A stretch of 64,000 bases of DNA from Geopsychrobacteraceae bacterium (GCA_963662315.1 OY759353.1:4256001-4320000); one strand, 5' to 3'; positions 28,893-40,082 are shown, numbered from the stretch's first letter. Translations and numbers: made by a program. Notes: a model not told the origin generated them from the sequence alone.

Positions 28893-31010
28893 ATGCTCAA
28901 TAAGCTATTTATAAAAATCATTATCACCTGCCTCCTGATCATTGGTCTTGATGGTTTTTTTCAGTATGAAATATATAGCCTGCATAAAAGCCAGTTGTTG
29001 TTGGAAACATCTTATCAGGTCGCCAAAATACGCACAGTTATTGAAGAGCAGCTGATTAGCAACATTCTTCTGACCAAGAGTGCAGCAAGTTTTGTCGCTA
29101 TTGATCCTGCTTACATTACCCGGGAGCGGTTTGAAAGATATGTTGAACCTATTATTAACGAATCAAGATCGATAAGAAACATCGGTCTGGCGGAAGAATA
29201 TACGGTGACTTATGTTTATCCTCAAAAAGGAAACGAAAAGGTTATTGGTCTTGATTACCGGAACCTGCCAAATCAGTTTCAGAATATTGAGAGGGCTGCC
29301 AACAGTGGCAATATGATTATCGACGGTCCTTTAGAATTGGTGCAGGGGGGAATGGGAATCATCGGTAGGGCTCCCATTATGGTTACTGATAGGCATCAAC
29401 AGAAACATTACTGGGGACTGGTCTCAACGGTGATCGATGTTGAGCAGCTCCTTTCGGAGGTTGCTTTCCATAAGGAGTCTTTGAAAATTGCGCTTCGCAA
29501 CAGAAACGACGATCTGGTTTTCTGGGGCGCTGCAAATGATTTTGTCAAAACGGATTTTTCTGTTTTTATGCCGATCTCATTTCCCGGCGGACAATGGGAT
29601 ATCGTTGGTCTGCCCAGGTTGATTCCGAAATCACACCTGGATCTTCCTCTGGCAAAACCGATCCATTTTTTCCTGTTTGTGCTTTTCTTATTGTTGTGTG
29701 TTGGTCATTACCGTTCCCATAAACGAAATCTGATCATATCCGAAGCTCAGGAAAATCTCAGGCAGGCCCAGAGTATTGCTTGCCTTGGAAACTGGACGCT
29801 CGAACTGCTTTCCAACCGGGTCTGGTGGTCGCGGGAGTGTTTCAGGATTTTCGGCCTGAATCCCCAGTCGGAAGCTCCTTCCATGGATGAGATCGTCAAG
29901 ATGTTTCACCCCGATGAGACTGAACTGATTATGGCAAAATTTAAAAACAGTGAACAAACCGGGGCTCCCTACGCTATTGATCATCGCATTATTTTACCCA
30001 GTGGTCAGGTTCGTTATGTTCAGGCTCGTGGTCACGTTCATTACAGTCGGGCAGGAAAACCCGAATACCTGCATGGCACGGTTCTCGATATTACGGAACG
30101 TAAGGAAATTGAGGAGACACTTAAGGCCCGTGAAGAAATGATGCGGGCCATGGCGGAAGCTTCGCTGGATGCGTTTGTCACCCTTGATAAGAATGATCGT
30201 ATTCTGTTCTGGAGTCCTGCTGCTGAAAGAATGTTTGGCTGGACAAACGCTGAAGCAATGGGGCAGAAATTACACCAGTTTATTGTCCCAGAGCGGTTTC
30301 GGGAGCGAGCATATAAAGGGTTGGAAAAATTTTATCGGACCGGGAGCGGACCCTTTATCGGCTTCCCTCAGGAAGTCCTTGCCGTGCGTAAGGACGGGGG
30401 TGAATTTCCGGTTGATTTGTCTGTTGCCCCGTTTAAGCTCGGTGACGACTTTTATGCTCAAGGCAGTATTCGCGATGCGACGAAGCGCAAAGAAAATGAG
30501 CAGTGGTTGACCTTCCTGGCGAATACTGATGAATTGACCGGGCTTAAGAACAGGCGCTTTTTCTTTGAAAGCAGTGAGGAAGAAATCAAACGCAGCAATC
30601 GATACAATATGCCTGTGTCTGTGATGATCCTGGATATTGATCGTTTTAAATCGATCAATGATACCTATGGCCATGGTATCGGCGACTTGGTCCTGAAACA
30701 GTTGGCTAAGACCCTTAAAGATACACTACGCGAGCAGGATCTGCCCTGCCGCCATGGTGGGGAGGAGTTTACCGTATTATTGCCCCAGACGGATAGCCAG
30801 GCCGCGCTGGATGTCGCCGATCGGTTACGGAAACGCATTGAGGATACTTCGCTGGAATTAGAGGATGGACGTATTATCAGTTTCACGGTCAGCCTCGGTG
30901 TTGCCCAGCTTTCGGAAAATCTTTCTTCTCTGGGGCAGATTTTAAGTGCTGCCGATCAGGCACTCTATCAGGCCAAAAGTTCAGGACGTAATAAGGTTGT
31001 GGTGGCGTGA
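28893..31010 (+). CDS. Diguanylate cyclase (CHASE-PAS-PAS-GGDEF)
   Basis: CHASE motif GP.ELVQGG.G.I.R.P, two PAS domains, REQD I-site, GGEEF; start inferred at ATG 28893. Confidence 0.92.
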   Translation: MLNKLFIKIIITCLLIIGLDGFFQYEIYSLHKSQLLLETSYQVAKIRTVIEEQLISNILLTKSAASFVAIDPAYITRERFERYVEPIINESRSIRNIGLAEEYTVTYVYPQKGNEKVIGLDYRNLPNQFQNIERAANSGNMIIDGPLELVQGGMGIIGRAPIMVTDRHQQKHYWGLVSTVIDVEQLLSEVAFHKESLKIALRNRNDDLVFWGAANDFVKTDFSVFMPISFPGGQWDIVGLPRLIPKSHLDLPLAKPIHFFLFVLFLLLCVGHYRSHKRNLIISEAQENLRQAQSIACLGNWTLELLSNRVWWSRECFRIFGLNPQSEAPSMDEIVKMFHPDETELIMAKFKNSEQTGAPYAIDHRIILPSGQVRYVQARGHVHYSRAGKPEYLHGTVLDITERKEIEETLKAREEMMRAMAEASLDAFVTLDKNDRILFWSPAAERMFGWTNAEAMGQKLHQFIVPERFRERAYKGLEKFYRTGSGPFIGFPQEVLAVRKDGGEFPVDLSVAPFKLGDDFYAQGSIRDATKRKENEQWLTFLANTDELTGLKNRRFFFESSEEEIKRSNRYNMPVSVMILDIDRFKSINDTYGHGIGDLVLKQLAKTLKDTLREQDLPCRHGGEEFTVLLPQTDSQAALDVADRLRKRIEDTSLELEDGRIISFTVSLGVAQLSENLSSLGQILSAADQALYQAKSSGRNKVVVA

Positions 31011-31130
31011 TTTCCTCTGCTCACCAGATGTGAAGGGATTAAAAAAAGCAAGATATTGAAACACGTTGATGTTACGGCATGATGCAACGCGATCAATCCA
31101 GATTCTGACACCGCTGCTCACGGAGGGAAT

Positions 31131-31943
31131 ATGGCTTTTGTGAAGTGTAAACATTGTAACAATCATTACTTTGAAAGTAACGTGTCCTGCCCCTTTTGCT
31201 CCCCTTCCGTTACCGCGTGCTCATCTGCCTCCACAGTGGCTGCTGCATCAACGGCCTGTTTCGATTTGGACAGAACGGATCTTTCGGCTCTGCAGAAGAA
31301 AATGGTTCTGCAAGCCACCGCCACGGCCCAGAAAAAAGGAAGTCCGCCCAAAAGGAACAAGGCAAAAACATATGTTCATGATGGTTTTCAATGGTCCCTT
31401 TATGATCAATGGATAGCGGTTTTTGCTGACAGCTCGGGGCTTGAGCAATGGCCTGCTGCTTATGAGCTGTATCGGTTTGAAGAACAATTCCACAGAAAAA
31501 CCACAGCTGAAATTCTGCCTCATCTGACCCGCAAACAGCTAAGGAATCTCTGTGATCAGGAGAACTGCTCCTGGTCGAGGCTGGCGACCAAAAAGCAACT
31601 GGTCCGCGGTATGGGTTATTCTTCTGCTTACCGAAGGATAAGGACTTCGGCTTTGGAACTGTTGCATGAAGAACTGATCCAAAAGGTGATCAGAGAAAGA
31701 AAGGAACTGTTTTCCGCCTGGCTATATTTCGGGACCTCCCTTAAAGAGAAATTAGCCGACTGGAAGGAGTTTCGGGTTGAGCGGGTTGCCATCAGTCCCG
31801 CGGCTGATTCATGTGTCCACTGTAAAAAACTCAAAGGGAGAGAGGTCGCAATTGACCAGGTTTTACCTCTGTTGCTGCAACACCACCCCGGTTGCCGTTG
31901 CGATATCGTTTTGGCTCAGAGTGAATTCAGCCGAGGATTTTAG
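31131..31943 (+). CDS. Hypothetical protein: N-terminal Zn ribbon, SAP-like helix pair, C-terminal Cys/His motif
   Basis: CKHC..CPFC; LTRKQLRNLC...ATKKQLV; DSCVHC...HPGCRC. Confidence 0.6.
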   Translation: MAFVKCKHCNNHYFESNVSCPFCSPSVTACSSASTVAAASTACFDLDRTDLSALQKKMVLQATATAQKKGSPPKRNKAKTYVHDGFQWSLYDQWIAVFADSSGLEQWPAAYELYRFEEQFHRKTTAEILPHLTRKQLRNLCDQENCSWSRLATKKQLVRGMGYSSAYRRIRTSALELLHEELIQKVIRERKELFSAWLYFGTSLKEKLADWKEFRVERVAISPAADSCVHCKKLKGREVAIDQVLPLLLQHHPGCRCDIVLAQSEFSRGF

Positions 31944-31954
31944 CAGACTGTCCT

Positions 31955-33502
31955 TCAATTGCGGGTGAAGACCTGCTTTATCGCCAGAGCCGCCTGATTT
32001 CTTAATGTTTTCAGGGTGTTTAACTGATTCTTGTCCAAATGGTTGCCGGCTTGGTTATGTCCTCCATAGATCAGCCCGATCTCTTTTTGATTGATGACAA
32101 TTGGCAGCACCACAAAACTTGCAGAGGCAATATCGCCACGAAACCATTCAGGTTTTGACGCGTTAAGGTCAGGGGCAGCTACGTCATGAATATACAGATC
32201 TTTGTTTTCAAACAGCGCGACGTTAAAGAGGTCGCGAGCCGAGGGCTCAGGTCTAAAAAAGACGTTTTTCGTGATAGTACTGGCCATCTGACCAAGGGCA
32301 TAGCGGGCCTGCATCTGTCCGGAACGGGGATCTTTAAAGAAAATGACCACCCGGTCAAAGCCGATCCCCTGATAAATGGTTTCGAGAATTTTGCCAAGGA
32401 TGTCGTCCAGAGTAAAATCGTCAAGCATGATATTGCTGATATCCTGCAGACCCGTCTGCAGCTGTTGTTTACGTTGCTCTTGCAGGGGAAGGATATCTGC
32501 CAGTTCTGTGCTCGTAACGGCATATTTGTCGAGGAATGGCGGCTGTGTACCTGTTTCACTGTCACTTTGGGGATGATCGGTGGCATGCTCATCAAGACTG
32601 GTACGGTCTTTAATCCGTTGGATATCTTCGGGAGAAAAGCGCAGGGCACTGGCGAACAGCTTCATTTCATCCGCGGCATTTTCGACAATAGCGACGACCT
32701 GTTTAAGATCCAGCGGGTAGATCTTACGGAATCTGGCCATGACTTTAGCTAACCTCAAGCGAATCTCTTCGGCCGGGGCGTTCATGGTAATATCGCAAAT
32801 CTCATTGGCCAGCAGCGGCAATAGCTGCTGGTGGCCTAAACTTTTTGGATTTGTTTCCAGATCTTTTTCATTCGGAGGAGTCATGCTCACAATAATCTGG
32901 TCCGGTAACCCCCAGAATCTCGCCACCCCGACGCCCAGATCGGAAAAAGTGACCCCCAGAGCTCTGAGTACGGCAAGTTTGTCATTGATCCCATCGTCGC
33001 GCAGCTTCAGATAGGTGCTGAATTCTTCCGGGAAATAGTGAATAGCCAGAAGCCGACCAAAATTGTGAAACATGGCCCCGATATAGTAATTCTCCCAATC
33101 ATTAAGACGGATATTTTTTGCCAGGTCGCGGGCGATGATACCGCTTAAAAAACTGGAGAGGACGCCTTCTTTGATGAGCGGGGTCAACTTTTTCCCCTGC
33201 AGACTTTCAAAAAATATCAATCCGGCCGCGGTGAGCCGGACCTGCTCGAAGCCGAGGATGACAATGGCTCTGGATACCGTCGCAATCGTTCCGGAGAATT
33301 GACCAAAGGTGGCAGAATTAGCCACTTTCAGCAATCTGCTGGTTAAGGAAAAGTCTTTTAAGATCAGTTCAGCCAGCTCTTCAACCGTGGCATCGCTGTT
33401 GACAGAAGCTTTGGCGTTTATCTCACCAATATAATGAGAAACAGCCGGGAAGCTGTTTTGTTTTTTCATGCGGACAATGAGTTCATTGACCTTTTCATTC
33501 AT
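31955..33502 (-). CDS. HDOD domain protein with C-terminal GAF-like domain
   Basis: ELILKD.SLT.RLLK.ANSA.F...I.TVSRAI.ILG, MFHNFGRL, WGLP. Confidence 0.88.
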   Translation of the reverse strand: MNEKVNELIVRMKKQNSFPAVSHYIGEINAKASVNSDATVEELAELILKDFSLTSRLLKVANSATFGQFSGTIATVSRAIVILGFEQVRLTAAGLIFFESLQGKKLTPLIKEGVLSSFLSGIIARDLAKNIRLNDWENYYIGAMFHNFGRLLAIHYFPEEFSTYLKLRDDGINDKLAVLRALGVTFSDLGVGVARFWGLPDQIIVSMTPPNEKDLETNPKSLGHQQLLPLLANEICDITMNAPAEEIRLRLAKVMARFRKIYPLDLKQVVAIVENAADEMKLFASALRFSPEDIQRIKDRTSLDEHATDHPQSDSETGTQPPFLDKYAVTSTELADILPLQEQRKQQLQTGLQDISNIMLDDFTLDDILGKILETIYQGIGFDRVVIFFKDPRSGQMQARYALGQMASTITKNVFFRPEPSARDLFNVALFENKDLYIHDVAAPDLNASKPEWFRGDIASASFVVLPIVINQKEIGLIYGGHNQAGNHLDKNQLNTLKTLRNQAALAIKQVFTRN

Positions 33503-33693
33503 AGTGAGTCCTGGGGCGAAGGCTTTGCAAGCGAAATGAGGATTAATAATATCTCATATGGGAGCTGAATAACAATCCCTAAGATAGTGACATGTTATTT
33601 CTTTTCGCGACTTTTAAGCTTTTAATGATAACCAGAAACAGGCTGCATTTAGTAGCGTCGCAGCGTTCCGCTCTTTTGGGTATTGGCCTGATG

Positions 33694-34968
33694 TCATGCG
33701 CAAAGTAATGGCGCGCTCAGTCCCAGCCCGTGGGCCACACTGGTGAAAACGTTGTGGTTTTCGGTTTTGTTTGAGCCAAAGCGGTCACTGAACAGTTTTT
33801 GGATATAGGGGATTTTTGAAGTTCCGCCGGTGAGTGATACGGTATCGATCTGATCAGCGCTTAGACCGCATTGAACCAGTACATCATCAATACAGCGTTC
33901 AATCCTGCTGAAATTGGTCTGGTTGATTTCTTCAAATTCCAGTTTGCTTAAGGCTTCATTCAGATCCAGATCAGCGTCCTGAAAGCGGATGTTGGTCTGT
34001 TCATTTACCGACAAATCACACTTGGCTTTTTCAATGGCCTGAAACAGGGAGAAACCGTAGTTGTCCTCGATAATATTTTCCAGGTTCTGAATAGCTTTCG
34101 GGCTATCGGTGGTGCGTTTGATAATGCGGATCAGTTCACGGTTCTGGCGGGTCCTCAGCAGGGGGATACGGTGCCATTGGCTCAGGGTGTAGATAAGACT
34201 GCCCGGAACTTCGGTCCACTCTTCTGTGGCAAACGCCTTGTAGTTGGCTTTGCGGCCAAAATGCTGGGCAACCTTGTCCCACATGATCTGTGAATCAAAC
34301 TTGTCGCCAGCAACATAGACGCCACCAAGCCCGAGAACATCATTGCGGAAATCACTGTTATTCGTCGTACCGCCGGTCACGCGGATCACGGAAAAATCAG
34401 AAGTCCCACCACCAAAATCGCCGATAAAGACAATCTTTTCCTTCCCGGTAGCGAGTGATTCTTTGTAGGTCTGCGCGGCCGCAAGGGGTTCGAACTGAAA
34501 GCTGATATGTTTGAAACCGGCTTTGCGTGCTGCTTTTTCCAACCATTGCTGGGCGGCATCATCCTTATCTTTATCTTCAGAAAAAAGTACCGGACGCCCC
34601 AGGACGACACTGTCGACAGGGCAACCGACATGGTTTTCGCCCCGTATTTTCAGCTGTTTGAGAATGATGGCAACGAGATCGTCAATGCCATAGCGTTTGC
34701 CGAAAATTTCGGTGCCGCTGAAACTGCTGCTGGGGAGAAAGGTTTTGATCGACTGCATAAAACGACCGTAGCCACCATCTTCGATATACTGGTGGATCGC
34801 TTCGGACCCGGTAAAGATTTCCTTATCTTCGTTAAAATAGAGAACCGAACGCATCAGACTCCGGGTCTGACTGTCCATATCTACGTCGACAAGTTCTACC
34901 TGCCCGTTACGGTACACGGACAGGGCTGAGTTACTGGTGCCAAAATCAATACCACATACAACCTGCAA
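33694..34968 (-). CDS. yegD: Hsp70 family protein (YegD-like)
   Basis: GIDFGTSNS, VVLGRPV.F, FEP.AAA, DFGGGTSDF, LTGGTS; lacks the substrate-binding domain. Confidence 0.85.
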   Translation of the reverse strand: MQVVCGIDFGTSNSALSVYRNGQVELVDVDMDSQTRSLMRSVLYFNEDKEIFTGSEAIHQYIEDGGYGRFMQSIKTFLPSSSFSGTEIFGKRYGIDDLVAIILKQLKIRGENHVGCPVDSVVLGRPVLFSEDKDKDDAAQQWLEKAARKAGFKHISFQFEPLAAAQTYKESLATGKEKIVFIGDFGGGTSDFSVIRVTGGTTNNSDFRNDVLGLGGVYVAGDKFDSQIMWDKVAQHFGRKANYKAFATEEWTEVPGSLIYTLSQWHRIPLLRTRQNRELIRIIKRTTDSPKAIQNLENIIEDNYGFSLFQAIEKAKCDLSVNEQTNIRFQDADLDLNEALSKLEFEEINQTNFSRIERCIDDVLVQCGLSADQIDTVSLTGGTSKIPYIQKLFSDRFGSNKTENHNVFTSVAHGLGLSAPLLCA

Positions 34969-35327
34969 AGCTTTTCTCCTGATCTGTTTTTTTGCGAAGA
35001 AACGTTTCTAGACGAAAGTGGCGGTTGAATGCAAGGGGAAAGGCCTATTTTTATGGGATCGTGTTGATTTCAGAAATATTCCAGAGCCATTTTCTCTGGT
35101 GGCGGTTCGCTTCGGTGTCAGTTGATACTTGGTGCGGGGATTCTGTCGATGCCCTGGCCAAGAGCGCGTAAACGGCGTTGTATCAGGTGAAAGAGGTTGG
35201 TTGGTAGCGGGTTGCATTCGTCTGTGAACCTGTTTTCAGCATCTTCTTTCTGTTTGCCTTTCGATGGGAAAACAGGCATACTCGTCGCAAACTTAGAAAT
35301 GGTTAACGAAGGCAGCCTGACAATATT

Positions 35328-36926
35328 GTGGGGGCTAAAGCTGTGCTGAGCAAAATGCCAGAACAAAAACCGACTGATGTTCACAGTTATGTTGGAGACA
35401 CCGAATTTGAATTTGTCGAGGGTGACCGGCATGGTTGGGAAGCCTATGAAACCGAAGAAGTGATTATCACGGTTCATGAACGTTTGGCCTATCAGTTGTT
35501 TTATCAGGCCTGGGTGCATAATCTGAGTTCCATCATCGTCGCTATCTGTGCGGCTGTCGCGACCTGGCGGGTTGTCGATCACACCTCTTTGCTTATCTGG
35601 CTGGCCGTTTTTGTGCTGGTCTATTCGTGTCGCTGGCTGATTTCATTCAATTTTCATAAAGCCCATCCTAAGAGAACTGCCGTCTATAAATGGATTCACC
35701 TGCAATTTGGGGCTATTATTGCCAGTGCACTGGTATACAGTGCCCCGGTGGTGTTTTTATGGCCAGAAAATGCTCCTTTAGAACAGATGGTCTGGGTCAT
35801 TACCCTGACCGCGACGCCGGCTTTAGCTGTAGCCAGGGACAGTGTCTGGAAATACGCAGATCTGCCTTTTATTTGCCTGACCCTGTTGTCAATTGTCGTC
35901 AGGTTGTTTTTTAACGATGGATTCCCCTATACGATTCTTGGCATTCTTGGGATTATCTATGGACTGACCCTGGTGGAAATTGGCCGGGTTATGTACAAAA
36001 CCAACCTGGAAAATCTGCTGACTGGGGTGAAGAATCAACAGCTGAATCAATTGCTGGCTTATGAAGTCGAAGAGCGTGAACGAACTTACGCCATCATGCG
36101 CAAGCAGGAGCAGGAGCTGGCCCAGGCCAAACGCATGGAATCGATTGGCATCTTGTCTGCGGGTGTTGCTCATGAAATTAACACCCCTTTGCAGTTTATC
36201 AGCAGTAATCTTCACTTTATCGCCAGCGGTGTCAAAAGTATTCAAGCGTTTATGAAGCGGGTCAGTTTCTTGAAAAAGAGTCAAGATACGGCGTGCTGTG
36301 AAGGTGCTTTGTGTGAAAGTATAGATTCTATACGTAACGAGTATGATATCGATTATTTTCTTGATGAAATGATGCAGGCTAAAAATGATACCGATGAGGG
36401 GGTCACGCGCATCAGCAAGATTATTGAAGCGTTGCAGTTGCACGCCGGATCGGAATGCGCAGCCGTTAAAACAGTCAACCTGAATGAGGCCGTTGAAAAT
36501 TCGGTTCTTCTGAGCCATCACCTGTGGCAGGATTTGTGTTTTATCGATAAGTGTTATGCCGATGATCTCCCCGAAATAAATTGTGCGATCAAGGAGATCA
36601 ATCAGGCTATCATGGGTCTTCTCATCAATGCTATTCATGCTATTCAGGATAGGAAGAAGCAGGATCATTTTGAAGGGCGTATTGCCATTCAGACCAGTTG
36701 TGATGGTGACAGGGTGCGTCTGTCTATCTCAGATAACGGTTGCGGTATTCCTGAGAGAATTTGGGATCGGATTTTTGAAGACTTTTTTACGACCAGAGAA
36801 GTTGGTGAAGGCGCCGGGCAGGGGTTGTCATATGCTTACCGTGTTATCGACAAATGTGGCGGGACCATCACTTTTACCTCTGAAGAAAATGTCGGGACGA
36901 CCTTCCATATTGAACTTCCCTGTTGA
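35328..36926 (+). CDS. Membrane sensor histidine kinase
   Basis: Multiple TM helices, AGVAHEINTP, NAIHA, DNGCG, FFTT...G.GQGL; start codon uncertain. Confidence 0.9.
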   Translation: MGAKAVLSKMPEQKPTDVHSYVGDTEFEFVEGDRHGWEAYETEEVIITVHERLAYQLFYQAWVHNLSSIIVAICAAVATWRVVDHTSLLIWLAVFVLVYSCRWLISFNFHKAHPKRTAVYKWIHLQFGAIIASALVYSAPVVFLWPENAPLEQMVWVITLTATPALAVARDSVWKYADLPFICLTLLSIVVRLFFNDGFPYTILGILGIIYGLTLVEIGRVMYKTNLENLLTGVKNQQLNQLLAYEVEERERTYAIMRKQEQELAQAKRMESIGILSAGVAHEINTPLQFISSNLHFIASGVKSIQAFMKRVSFLKKSQDTACCEGALCESIDSIRNEYDIDYFLDEMMQAKNDTDEGVTRISKIIEALQLHAGSECAAVKTVNLNEAVENSVLLSHHLWQDLCFIDKCYADDLPEINCAIKEINQAIMGLLINAIHAIQDRKKQDHFEGRIAIQTSCDGDRVRLSISDNGCGIPERIWDRIFEDFFTTREVGEGAGQGLSYAYRVIDKCGGTITFTSEENVGTTFHIELPC

Positions 36927-37085
36927 CCAAAGTTCGCTGTCCTTTTCCTTGCTGCGGCTGATAAAAGCTTCTCAGTATCAAAAGGCTACCGCTAACTGTT
37001 TTTTTTCCCTCAGGAGCAGTCAATTCTGCTACAACAGTGAACCTTGAGAACAATCTCCTGTCTGTCGTTGATGTGAGGGTTGCCC

Positions 37086-37724
37086 ATGTTGATTAATGAA
37101 ACCGAGCGCGATGCTCTTTATAAAGTGATTTACTCCAGGCGTGATGTCCGTGGTCAGTTTTTGCCCGACCCGGTTCCTGAAGGTGTCTTGCGTCGGGTTC
37201 TGAAGGCTGCTCACCATGCTCCAAGTGTTGGCTTTATGCAGCCCTGGGATTTTATCCTGGTGCAGCAAGAGCAGACCAGAAAAGCAATCAAAGCCGGGTT
37301 CGCTGCTGCCCATGAACAGTCGGCCTTAATGTTCAGTGGTGGCAGGCAAGAGCAATATCGTAATTTTAAGCTGGAAGGGATTGAAGAGGCGCCGCTAGGA
37401 ATCTGTGTCACTTGTGATCGCCGCAGAACCGGTCCGGTAGTTATTGGGCGCACAATTAAGCCGGAAATGGATCTGTACAGCGCAGTCTGCGCTGTACAGA
37501 ATTTATGGTTGGCGGCACGGGCAGAAAATCTCGGTATGGGCTGGGTCAGCATTATCCATGACCAGGTACTGCGCGAGGTTCTCCATATCCCGGAAGAAAT
37601 CGATATTATCGGTTATATGTGTCTGGGATATGTTTCTTATTTTAAAGAAAAACCTGAATTGGAAAGTGCTGGCTGGTTACCGCGCCTTGACCTGAATGAT
37701 CTGATTCACCAGGAACGCTGGTAG
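37086..37724 (+). CDS. bluB: 5,6-dimethylbenzimidazole synthase
   Basis: RRDVR..F, AAH.APSVG.MQPW, KLEGI.EAP, MDLYS.VCAVQNLWLAARAE.LG.GWVSI. Confidence 0.92.
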   Translation: MLINETERDALYKVIYSRRDVRGQFLPDPVPEGVLRRVLKAAHHAPSVGFMQPWDFILVQQEQTRKAIKAGFAAAHEQSALMFSGGRQEQYRNFKLEGIEEAPLGICVTCDRRRTGPVVIGRTIKPEMDLYSAVCAVQNLWLAARAENLGMGWVSIIHDQVLREVLHIPEEIDIIGYMCLGYVSYFKEKPELESAGWLPRLDLNDLIHQERW

Positions 37725-37770
37725 AAAATACCCGGTCGCAGGACCTACACAATGCAGGAGTTTCCGCTCG

Positions 37771-38523
37771 TCAGCCTCTAAGTAATGATTCCAGAGAGGT
37801 TTGCTGTTGTGCTGAAACGCTTAAAAAATTAACCCCTATGCCTGCCTGTTCGGTGAGTTCAGTGTCCTGATTTTTTACCCAGCGTACCTCACTGCGAATA
37901 CTCGATTCATCTCCCAGTATTGGCAGGGTAACGTTAAGGATATCGCCAATACAGTAGTTTCTGATCGTTAAAATATAGGCTCCGCCCTTGGATACATTCA
38001 GGGTTGATGTTGTTTCGTAATATTGAACGGTTTCAGGGATTGAGTCAGCAGTCCAACGGGCTGGAGCGACACATTGAATACAGGCTATGGTCTTGAGCTC
38101 ATAGCGTTGTTGACGCCGCAGGGGGCGGGATTGTTCATATTTTATACAGCGGTTAAGAAAATCATGAATATGTGTGGCTTCAAGACAGGAAGGATCGATA
38201 CCTTGAAGTTCTCCCGTTGCAACTTTTTGGACAAAATGAATAGGATACCCCTGTCCTAGCGAGTGGAAAAGATCTTTGTCCCGGGCGCTGAAACGTTTGT
38301 AGGTTGGATAGTTGACAAGAATTCCGGACCAACAGGTATTGTTAAATTTGCTGTTTGAGAAAAAGCTTTGAAATGATTCTGTTACACCAAGAGTAATACG
38401 TGGATCCTGGGTGAGCTGCCTGATCAAATCACCACTCTGTTCCAATTCCGCAATCAGTAAGAATTTGGTACTCAATTGTGCACTGCTCAGGTTTTCAGCT
38501 GTCGCGTTCGCAAAAAAAACCAT
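37771..38523 (-). CDS. PilZ domain protein
   Basis: RRQQR (RxxxR) and NVSKGG (N/DxSxxG) motifs, V.WV, GIGV.F. Confidence 0.8.
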   Translation of the reverse strand: MVFFANATAENLSSAQLSTKFLLIAELEQSGDLIRQLTQDPRITLGVTESFQSFFSNSKFNNTCWSGILVNYPTYKRFSARDKDLFHSLGQGYPIHFVQKVATGELQGIDPSCLEATHIHDFLNRCIKYEQSRPLRRQQRYELKTIACIQCVAPARWTADSIPETVQYYETTSTLNVSKGGAYILTIRNYCIGDILNVTLPILGDESSIRSEVRWVKNQDTELTEQAGIGVNFLSVSAQQQTSLESLLRG

Positions 38524-38894
38524 CTTACCCTCCTGATATTTTCATTTGAATTGACTAATGGATATTAGCTTAGATTGATGGGATGATCAATCTTTATTTA
38601 CCATTTATGGATAGGCACTTCTTTTTTCAAGAGGGGGAGCTTTTGATGAGTGTCAGGAACCTACTACGAATATTAATGATTTTGTGCCACTGTGACGATG
38701 AAGCGGTTGAATGCTCGGGCACTGTAGGCGTTGGAGATCTCTTGTAAGGTATTTTTTGAAAATAGCCTTATACTCAACCCGCTATTTTTACCTGTTGTGA
38801 CGGGTTGTAATAGTTTTTTTCCACTGCCACATGAATATTATTTTGATGGTATCTCGCGGAGCAATTCAGATGGTGATTCGCTACGGTTCAGGTT

Positions 38895-40082
38895 ATGATG
38901 CCGCCTATGTCAAATCTGCAATCAAATATCACAAAATTATACGCTTTTTCCTTCCTGAAGATGAGCCTGTTTCCCATGGCGATCATTACTCTGTTCTGGA
39001 AGGATCAGATCGGCATGAGTCTGACGCAGATTCTCCTGTTACAGGGGATCTTCGCTGTCGCCATGGTGATCATGGAGTATCCGTCGGGCTACGTCAGTGA
39101 CCGCATTGGTTACCGTAAGGCGCTTAATTATGCGGCCCTGCTGGGGGTGATCGGCTGGGGGCTATATACGGTTGCGACATCCTTTGCCGCGGTCATGGTC
39201 GCAGAAATCTTTCTTGGTGTTTCCATGTCCTTTGTCAGTGGTACCGACAGTGCCTTGCTGTTTGAGAGTATTAAAAGAACTCCGGAGGAAGCTTTTTATA
39301 CTCGCCACCAGGGACGCATGAGCGGCTTCGGGCAGATCGGGGAAGCTTGTGGGGCGATCTTCGCTGGAGTTCTGTACGCTTATGCTCCAATTATGCCCTT
39401 TATTATTCAGGTGGTGGTCTGGGGGCTGGCCTATCTGCTGACGCGTACGCTGACCGAGCCGGAACGGGACGCTGGTGTCGTCACCAGTCACATTGCTGAA
39501 GCCTGGCAATCCACCCGTTTTGCCCTGATCGACAATAAGCGGTTACGCTATACCATTTTGCTGGTCCTGGTGTTGAATCTCTCCTCGTTCTATCCTGTCT
39601 GGCTGATTCAGCCGTATATGCAGGACTGTGGCGTTCCCGTATCCTGGTTTGGACCGATTTGGGCCGGCGCCAACCTGAGCGTGGCCATATTTGCCCTGAT
39701 CAGTCACCGTTTCCATTTAAAATTCGGCGATGGTCGTATGGTGATTCTGTTCGCTGTCTTCATTGTGGCCGGCTATCTGGGATTGGGCATGACCAGTAGT
39801 ATTTGGGGGTTTCTTTTCTATTATCTGTTGACCTGTATGCGTGGTTTACGCGGGCCGATGCTGTTGAATCACGTTCAACGACTCATCCCTTCTGCCAACC
39901 GGGCCGGGATTCTTTCTTTGCAGTCCTTCTGTTTTCGCCTGGTTTTCGTTTGTACTGGTCCCTTGATAGGCATGCTGGCCGACCGTGTTGGCGTCCAACA
40001 GTCGTTTACCTATTTGTGTATCGCCTACGTGCTGGTGCTGCCACCGGTTATCTGGTTGTTCATGAGACAATTAGGGGAATAG
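38895..40082 (+). CDS. MFS transporter
   Basis: About 12 TM helices, EYPSGYVSDRIGYRK, SGTDSALLFES. Confidence 0.9.
   Translation: MMPPMSNLQSNITKLYAFSFLKMSLFPMAIITLFWKDQIGMSLTQILLLQGIFAVAMVIMEYPSGYVSDRIGYRKALNYAALLGVIGWGLYTVATSFAAVMVAEIFLGVSMSFVSGTDSALLFESIKRTPEEAFYTRHQGRMSGFGQIGEACGAIFAGVLYAYAPIMPFIIQVVVWGLAYLLTRTLTEPERDAGVVTSHIAEAWQSTRFALIDNKRLRYTILLVLVLNLSSFYPVWLIQPYMQDCGVPVSWFGPIWAGANLSVAIFALISHRFHLKFGDGRMVILFAVFIVAGYLGLGMTSSIWGFLFYYLLTCMRGLRGPMLLNHVQRLIPSANRAGILSLQSFCFRLVFVCTGPLIGMLADRVGVQQSFTYLCIAYVLVLPPVIWLFMRQLGE

Noticed and set aside
19232..31010. Hypr GGDEF (cGAMP synthase) identity for either cyclase
   Set aside because: Both keep the Asp in GHxxGD, as in ordinary diguanylate cyclases.
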